In this document: positions 59,479 to 64,000 of the stretch, one piece after another
How positions within the stretch are numbered: the stretch's first letter is position 1
Layout: every line of letters begins with the position of its first letter
NCBI GenBank assembly: GCA_030059675.1
Contig: JANVYQ010000001.1
Coordinates: 224,001 to 288,000, forward strand
Source: Candidatus Pelearchaeum maunauluense
GTDB lineage: Archaea > Thermoproteota > Nitrososphaeria_A > Caldarchaeales > Caldarchaeaceae
Reading direction: 5' to 3'
Length of the DNA stretch: 64,000 nucleotides
Made by a program: the position numbers and the translations under genes
The notes under the pieces: generated by a model
Seen by the model: the letters and a program-made list of their open reading frames with translations, nothing else
Told to the model about the DNA's origin: nothing
Database searches by the model: none

Positions 59479-60885
59479 ATGTCGTCTCAAAAGGTCTCTA
59501 GGAGGAAGTTCATCGCCATCGCTGGCGGTGCTGTAATAGTAGCGGCGGCGGCAGGACTTGCCTACACGACCCTCACGACACCGCAGCAGAGAACGCTCAG
59601 ATACTCCACGCACCCATTCTACTTCCCGCAGGACGCGGAGCAGAAGTTTGAGGAGGGGAACCAGAATCTGAATGTGGAAGTAACTTATGAGGAGTTCTTC
59701 GTCATGACGCAGAAGCAGCTGGCCAATCCCCAGACCTGGGATGTGGCCAGCTCTGGCAGGTATAGGATTATCATAGACGCTGGTATTGTTAGGCCTATAC
59801 CTGTTGAGAAGATTCCGCGCTGGCAGCCTGACAAGGTCTTGAGAATCTTCCAAGAGCCGCAGCGCTTCCTAAAGGATGGCGACCTTGAGGAGACCGTCAA
59901 ACGGTTTAACAAGCTAATATGGTTTGAGCCGAACAAGGTGTTTAGCGCCGTTCCGATTATGTGGAACTTTGACTCGCTGACCTATCTTCCTGAGATGCTA
60001 CCATATCAAGAGCGCGGCGCCCAGTATCGTGATGTAGAGTATGGGGAGCTCTGGAACCCAGAGTGGAAGGGACACACAGCGATGCAGGACGAGGCCTTCA
60101 CAGTCTTCACAGAGGTGGCCAACTACCTAGACGCGACAAAGCAGATTACCATAACGAGCGCCATCACAAACCTGAGCCAGCAGGAGGTTGACCAAATATA
60201 CGACTACCTACTCCCAATAGTTAAGGACGGTTTCATCAAGACCTTCTGGTTCAAATACGGTGATATAGTCTCGCTTATGTCCACGCGTGAGATATGGATA
60301 GCGAGTACTTGGCAGCCTGTTAGTTTTGACACGCGTAAGGCTGGGACTCCAGCATACTATGCTGCGCTCAAGCATGGGCCGTTCTTCTGGTATAACTCAA
60401 CATATGTGTCCAAGATGATAGACGACGCTACCGCTGAGGAGGCTATGAAGCTGGTTAACTGGCAGCTCAGCCTCTTTACGCAGCTCCTCTACACTAGGCA
60501 GGGTTATCCAACACCCGCTTATGGGTGGGATGACTATAAAAATGCTATGGGAGACGAGTTTTATGACTGGTTCTATAATGGGAAGGCTACATACCTGCCT
60601 ATTGACGAGGTTCTTAAGATAACGTTCCCAGACAAGCCTGACTTGGCTGAGCTTCCAGAGAGGTTGCAGCAGGCTCTCTTCGTCCCAGACCTATACTTCA
60701 AGCACTTCTGGGTTGGTGAGCCACCTAGGACAGGCTCCCCGCATCCGAAGGGGAACATAAGAGACCTGGGCTCTGTCCAGGAGAAGGAGGAGATGACGCG
60801 CTACTTCCTCTCACCAGACCTGCCAGACAACAACGACTACTATGTCAAGAAGTATGAGGAGCTGAAGGCCCTGGTTCCCAAGTAA
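59479..60885 (+). CDS. Tat-exported ABC substrate-binding protein (PotD/PotF-like fold)
   Basis: SRRKFI twin-arginine plus TM helix; VPIMWN, LWNPEWKG motifs; PotB/C-like permeases nearby. Confidence 0.75.
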   Translation: MSSQKVSRRKFIAIAGGAVIVAAAAGLAYTTLTTPQQRTLRYSTHPFYFPQDAEQKFEEGNQNLNVEVTYEEFFVMTQKQLANPQTWDVASSGRYRIIIDAGIVRPIPVEKIPRWQPDKVLRIFQEPQRFLKDGDLEETVKRFNKLIWFEPNKVFSAVPIMWNFDSLTYLPEMLPYQERGAQYRDVEYGELWNPEWKGHTAMQDEAFTVFTEVANYLDATKQITITSAITNLSQQEVDQIYDYLLPIVKDGFIKTFWFKYGDIVSLMSTREIWIASTWQPVSFDTRKAGTPAYYAALKHGPFFWYNSTYVSKMIDDATAEEAMKLVNWQLSLFTQLLYTRQGYPTPAYGWDDYKNAMGDEFYDWFYNGKATYLPIDEVLKITFPDKPDLAELPERLQQALFVPDLYFKHFWVGEPPRTGSPHPKGNIRDLGSVQEKEEMTRYFLSPDLPDNNDYYVKKYEELKALVPK

Positions 60886-60902
60886 AGCATCCCTATCTTT
60901 CT

Positions 60903-62735
60903 TCATATCTCCAGCGTCTCCAAACCATAGTCTCGTCTCATCTCCTTTTTTCTTTCTTCAGCCTTGCGTGTCCGCTTGAGGTAGTAGTATTCTTGTTCCG
61001 ATAGTTTTCTTCCCCTGATTCCAGCGTCTAGCCGTAGGATTGTGTATGCCGCTGTTAGAGCGTTTTCTATTGCTGCTTTCTTTGTCTGGCTGTGGTCTAT
61101 TATCAGCTCACTCCACGTGTCGCTGATTTCCTGGCGCTCTGCGTTGAAGCCGTGTGAAACACCCCCCGTATTGTGTTCCCGCCTAACAGCGGTGAGCGTG
61201 TTAATCGGGTCTGCGCCAGCGTTCTGGGCTAGGAAGCTTATCAGCTCCTCAAACGCCCCAGTAATCCATATGAGGGCCAGCTGAACCCTTGACGGTAGTT
61301 TTAGCGCATATTCCATGAGTGCTTTACTTATCTCCTCCTCGGTGGCGCCTCCCCCAGGTACGAAGCGCGGAGAGCTACGTACCGCGTGGATGAACGTGGT
61401 TGCGCTCTTTATCTTCTCCTCAAAGTCCATCAACCCACGCTCATCGGGGCTCGCGAGGATTACTGTTAGCTGATGCCTGTTCTTACAGCCCCTGAAGAAC
61501 ATCCACTCCTTGTTGATTATCTTCTTGGACTCAACCAGCTCGGCATAGCCGAGGTCTTCCTGTGAGAGCTTGTTAAATGCTTTTGTGGGTTTTGCTCCTG
61601 TTGCCTCTGCTAGGCTTCTAATCTCTGGTGGTGAGAAGCGGCGTATTATCATGGCCTTGTTCTCTATGAATGTGGGGAATACTGCCTCGTCTACGCCTTT
61701 CTCCACCACGACGACGTTGGCCCCGCTCTCCAGTATCTCCCTGGCGTAGTTGATGAGTAGCGCCCTACGCGATGCATGTCCCCTCGCCACCTCGCCTGGC
61801 TCTTCCCACTCATGGCTTATTCTAAGGCTACGCCCAACCTTCTGCGGCATCACCAGCCCGCCCAGTAGGATGGCAATCCGCGCGCCGTGTATGGTCTTGG
61901 TTATCTCTGGGTGCGGTAGCTCCTTCGGATACGCGACGCCGTTAATCAGCACCGAGTCGGATATTGAGGAGCTTTTCATGGTTCTGAAGTCTATGAGCTC
62001 GCGTATGGGCTTCACAGCGGTGTGGCTGGGCGTTATGTGCTCCAGTATCTCGCGGGTTATCTTGGCCGCCTTCTCGGCGTGAGATGGAGAAACCCAGCTC
62101 TTGGCCCTTCTTATGAGCGTCTCCTCAACATGCGGGCTTAGTGTAATCTCTTTTGAGAGTCTATCCACCACCTCGCCAGCTATGCGCAGCGCCTCGCTCA
62201 CAGCGCTTAGGCAGTCCATCCTGCTCACGTATCCACGCGCTATCAGCTCGCTACAGTTCCTCACCACCAGCGCCGCCAGGAGACTAGTATATACGCTGTG
62301 GTCCCCATACTCGCGCTCCAGCGAGAGGCCAGCACCCAGCAAAATCTGAGCGAGAGGATTAATTATCTTCACATGCCGCATAACCAGGCTAAGGCTGTTG
62401 GAAGTTATGACGAGACCACGCTGGTCTGTCATCATCTTATACATCTTATACGGCCCCAGCATGGTCTTGAGAAAATCAACAACCCATGAGGCGGTTATGC
62501 GCACATGGTCGGTGAACTCGCCGCCAGCTAGATATGCGGCATCTAGGCTCAAGACAGCAGAGGGGAAGCCGTGCTTGTATATCGTCGGCTGTGGGACTCT
62601 CTCATGCGGTAGTGGTAAGAGCGTGGAGTCGCGCTCAGACACCTTACGATAGCCAGCATCAAGGCGCTTCAGCAGCTCGCGCTGGACAACATCTGGGATG
62701 AAGTCGCGTCCATGCCTTTCGTCTGCCACGCTCAT
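60903..62735 (-). CDS. Divergent group II chaperonin (thermosome/TCP-1)-like protein with degenerate ATP-binding motifs
   Basis: KTMLGPYKMYKM, GANVVVVEKGVDE, LAEATGA, DLGYAELVE, VPGGGATE, LAQNAGADP, TILRLD; the GDGTT motif is replaced by GDHSV. Confidence 0.8.
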   Translation of the reverse strand: MSVADERHGRDFIPDVVQRELLKRLDAGYRKVSERDSTLLPLPHERVPQPTIYKHGFPSAVLSLDAAYLAGGEFTDHVRITASWVVDFLKTMLGPYKMYKMMTDQRGLVITSNSLSLVMRHVKIINPLAQILLGAGLSLEREYGDHSVYTSLLAALVVRNCSELIARGYVSRMDCLSAVSEALRIAGEVVDRLSKEITLSPHVEETLIRRAKSWVSPSHAEKAAKITREILEHITPSHTAVKPIRELIDFRTMKSSSISDSVLINGVAYPKELPHPEITKTIHGARIAILLGGLVMPQKVGRSLRISHEWEEPGEVARGHASRRALLINYAREILESGANVVVVEKGVDEAVFPTFIENKAMIIRRFSPPEIRSLAEATGAKPTKAFNKLSQEDLGYAELVESKKIINKEWMFFRGCKNRHQLTVILASPDERGLMDFEEKIKSATTFIHAVRSSPRFVPGGGATEEEISKALMEYALKLPSRVQLALIWITGAFEELISFLAQNAGADPINTLTAVRREHNTGGVSHGFNAERQEISDTWSELIIDHSQTKKAAIENALTAAYTILRLDAGIRGRKLSEQEYYYLKRTRKAEERKKEMRRDYGLETLEI

Positions 62736-62760
62736 GGCTCCGCGAGCTGGAGTGTCAGGC

Positions 62761-63576
62761 CTACTGCCTCACGGTCCTGGTCAGGAGGTAGGCGAAGACT
62801 AGGAAGCCGAGGAATGACACGGCTGAGATTAGGGTTCCAGCAGCATACCACTTGGGCGTCAGCGGATTAACGCCGAGCTGTGTGTTGATAAATGTTGAGA
62901 GCGTCCCTATCCCTTTCATCGCGAACTGAGTCCTAATCACCTCGCCCCACGAGAGCAGAAAACCGAGAATCGCCGCCGAGATTACCTCGTAGATTATGAG
63001 GGGCAGGGTTATCCTCCTGAAAATCATCAGCGGAGGAGCCTTAAGCACAGCCGCGGCCTGCTCGTAGAACAGCAGGTTGGGGTCAAAGCGCGCCATCATC
63101 AGTATAAGGCCGAACGGGACAACGTAGATTACGTTTATCAGCGCCGCGCTCCAGAAGGAGAACGGAAGGTTGAGCAGCCTGAAGAGGAAGTTAACGCCCA
63201 GGCCGACGGTTACGCCTGGCGTGAGGAATCCCAGGAGGAAGAGGTAGAAGAGGAAGTTGCGGCCTGCCATTCTACGTCTAAACGCTAGTGCGGTGATTGT
63301 AACCAGCGCCATCGCCATAAGCGCTACTACTATTGAAACCGTGAAGGAGTTCCGTAGCGCTGCGAAGAACTGCCTATCGTGGAAGAGCGAGACATACGCG
63401 GCGTATTCGTACCCTGTCGGCGGCTTAAGATACCAGTCAAGGGTGAAGCGCTCTATCGGGAAGCTGATGTTGGCGCCTGACTTGAATGAGAGGAGGACGA
63501 CGAAGACTAGAGGTAGGTAGATTATCAGTATTATGATGGCGATGTACGTCTTTACCAGGAAGTCTGGTATCTTCAT
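62761..63576 (-). CDS. ABC transporter permease (PotC-like)
   Basis: YLPL..LSF, FTLDWY, EAA loop EQAAAVLKA..RRITLP, FLLSW.E. Confidence 0.88.
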   Translation of the reverse strand: MKIPDFLVKTYIAIIILIIYLPLVFVVLLSFKSGANISFPIERFTLDWYLKPPTGYEYAAYVSLFHDRQFFAALRNSFTVSIVVALMAMALVTITALAFRRRMAGRNFLFYLFLLGFLTPGVTVGLGVNFLFRLLNLPFSFWSAALINVIYVVPFGLILMMARFDPNLLFYEQAAAVLKAPPLMIFRRITLPLIIYEVISAAILGFLLSWGEVIRTQFAMKGIGTLSTFINTQLGVNPLTPKWYAAGTLISAVSFLGFLVFAYLLTRTVRQ

Positions 63577-63577
63577 T

Positions 63578-64000
63578 CTACTCCACCAGCTTCTTTATAT
63601 CAACTATCTTGAAGAGTATGACCAGCACCGCCAGCGAGATTAGTATGAGTACCGTTGACTGCGTCGCCGCGTATGGCCAGACGAAGTTGGCCGCGAAGTT
63701 GGCTACCGAGAGTCCGAGAACCTGTATCCCACCAGCCCATAGCGAGGGCGTGATATAGTCTCCCAGAGTGTTGACGAAGACGAAGGTCAGCCCCACTATC
63801 ACGCCTGGAAGCGAGAGCTTGAAGATAATCTCATAGAAGACCCTATGCGGCGGAGACTTCAACACACGGGCAGCGTTTATCAGGTCTGGGTCTATCCTAC
63901 TCAGGGCAAGGTATATCGGGAATATCATGAAGAGGAGGTTTGACTGAAGCCAGATAATTATCAGCGTCCAGCGCGAGAAGAGGAGCGAGACAGGCTGATG
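63578..64000 (-). CDS. ABC transporter permease (PotB-like), 5' end outside the window
   Basis: FMIFPIY.AL.RID..LINAA..L, SLPGV..G..FVF..LGDY.TP...GG. Confidence 0.85.
   Translation of the reverse strand, partial: HQPVSLLFSRWTLIIIWLQSNLLFMIFPIYLALSRIDPDLINAARVLKSPPHRVFYEIIFKLSLPGVIVGLTFVFVNTLGDYITPSLWAGGIQVLGLSVANFAANFVWPYAATQSTVLILISLAVLVILFKIVDIKKLVE

Noticed and set aside
1-64000. CRISPR array, cas genes or rRNA
   Set aside because: No spaced direct repeats or rRNA-like tracts were seen; the 21-bp and 42-bp repeats are contiguous and protein-coding.

Overview
This is an archaeal chromosome segment, inferred from gene content to be a thermophilic TACK archaeon, probably Aigarchaeota/Caldarchaeales-like; the taxonomy was not verified. 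From left to right it contains: (1) a decaying archaellum locus (arlJ, arlI, arlH, arlF, arlG, an arlCDE-like gene, a V4R protein and arlB), whose archaellin gene is interrupted by a 202-bp highly structured IS200/IS605(tnpB)-like miniature element; (2) MscS, a broken K+ channel and housekeeping genes (ilvD, FAU-1-like, tmk, HD hydrolase, SufU/IscU, pheA, atpI, nadE, nfi, tenA); (3) a Met-rich, probably copper-responsive divergon with a membrane-tethered HTH regulator and a visible operator; (4) dispersed ureide/N-heterocycle catabolic genes (cyclase, DUF2877/DUF1116/FdrA, amidase, hydantoinase, DUF917, NCS1, GlxR-like, ABC transporter); (5) a replication origin with three ORB boxes upstream of cdc6/orc1; (6) an unannotated 50-aa signal-peptide ORF predicted to release a 10-residue peptide, convergent with a large two-HTH regulator, which is a candidate archaeal peptide-signalling pair; (7) a decayed integrated element beside tRNA-Lys(UUU); (8) a chaperonin-like gene with degenerate ATPase motifs behind ABC permease genes. 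No CRISPR array or rRNA was seen. All product calls come from motif recognition by eye; no database search was run.
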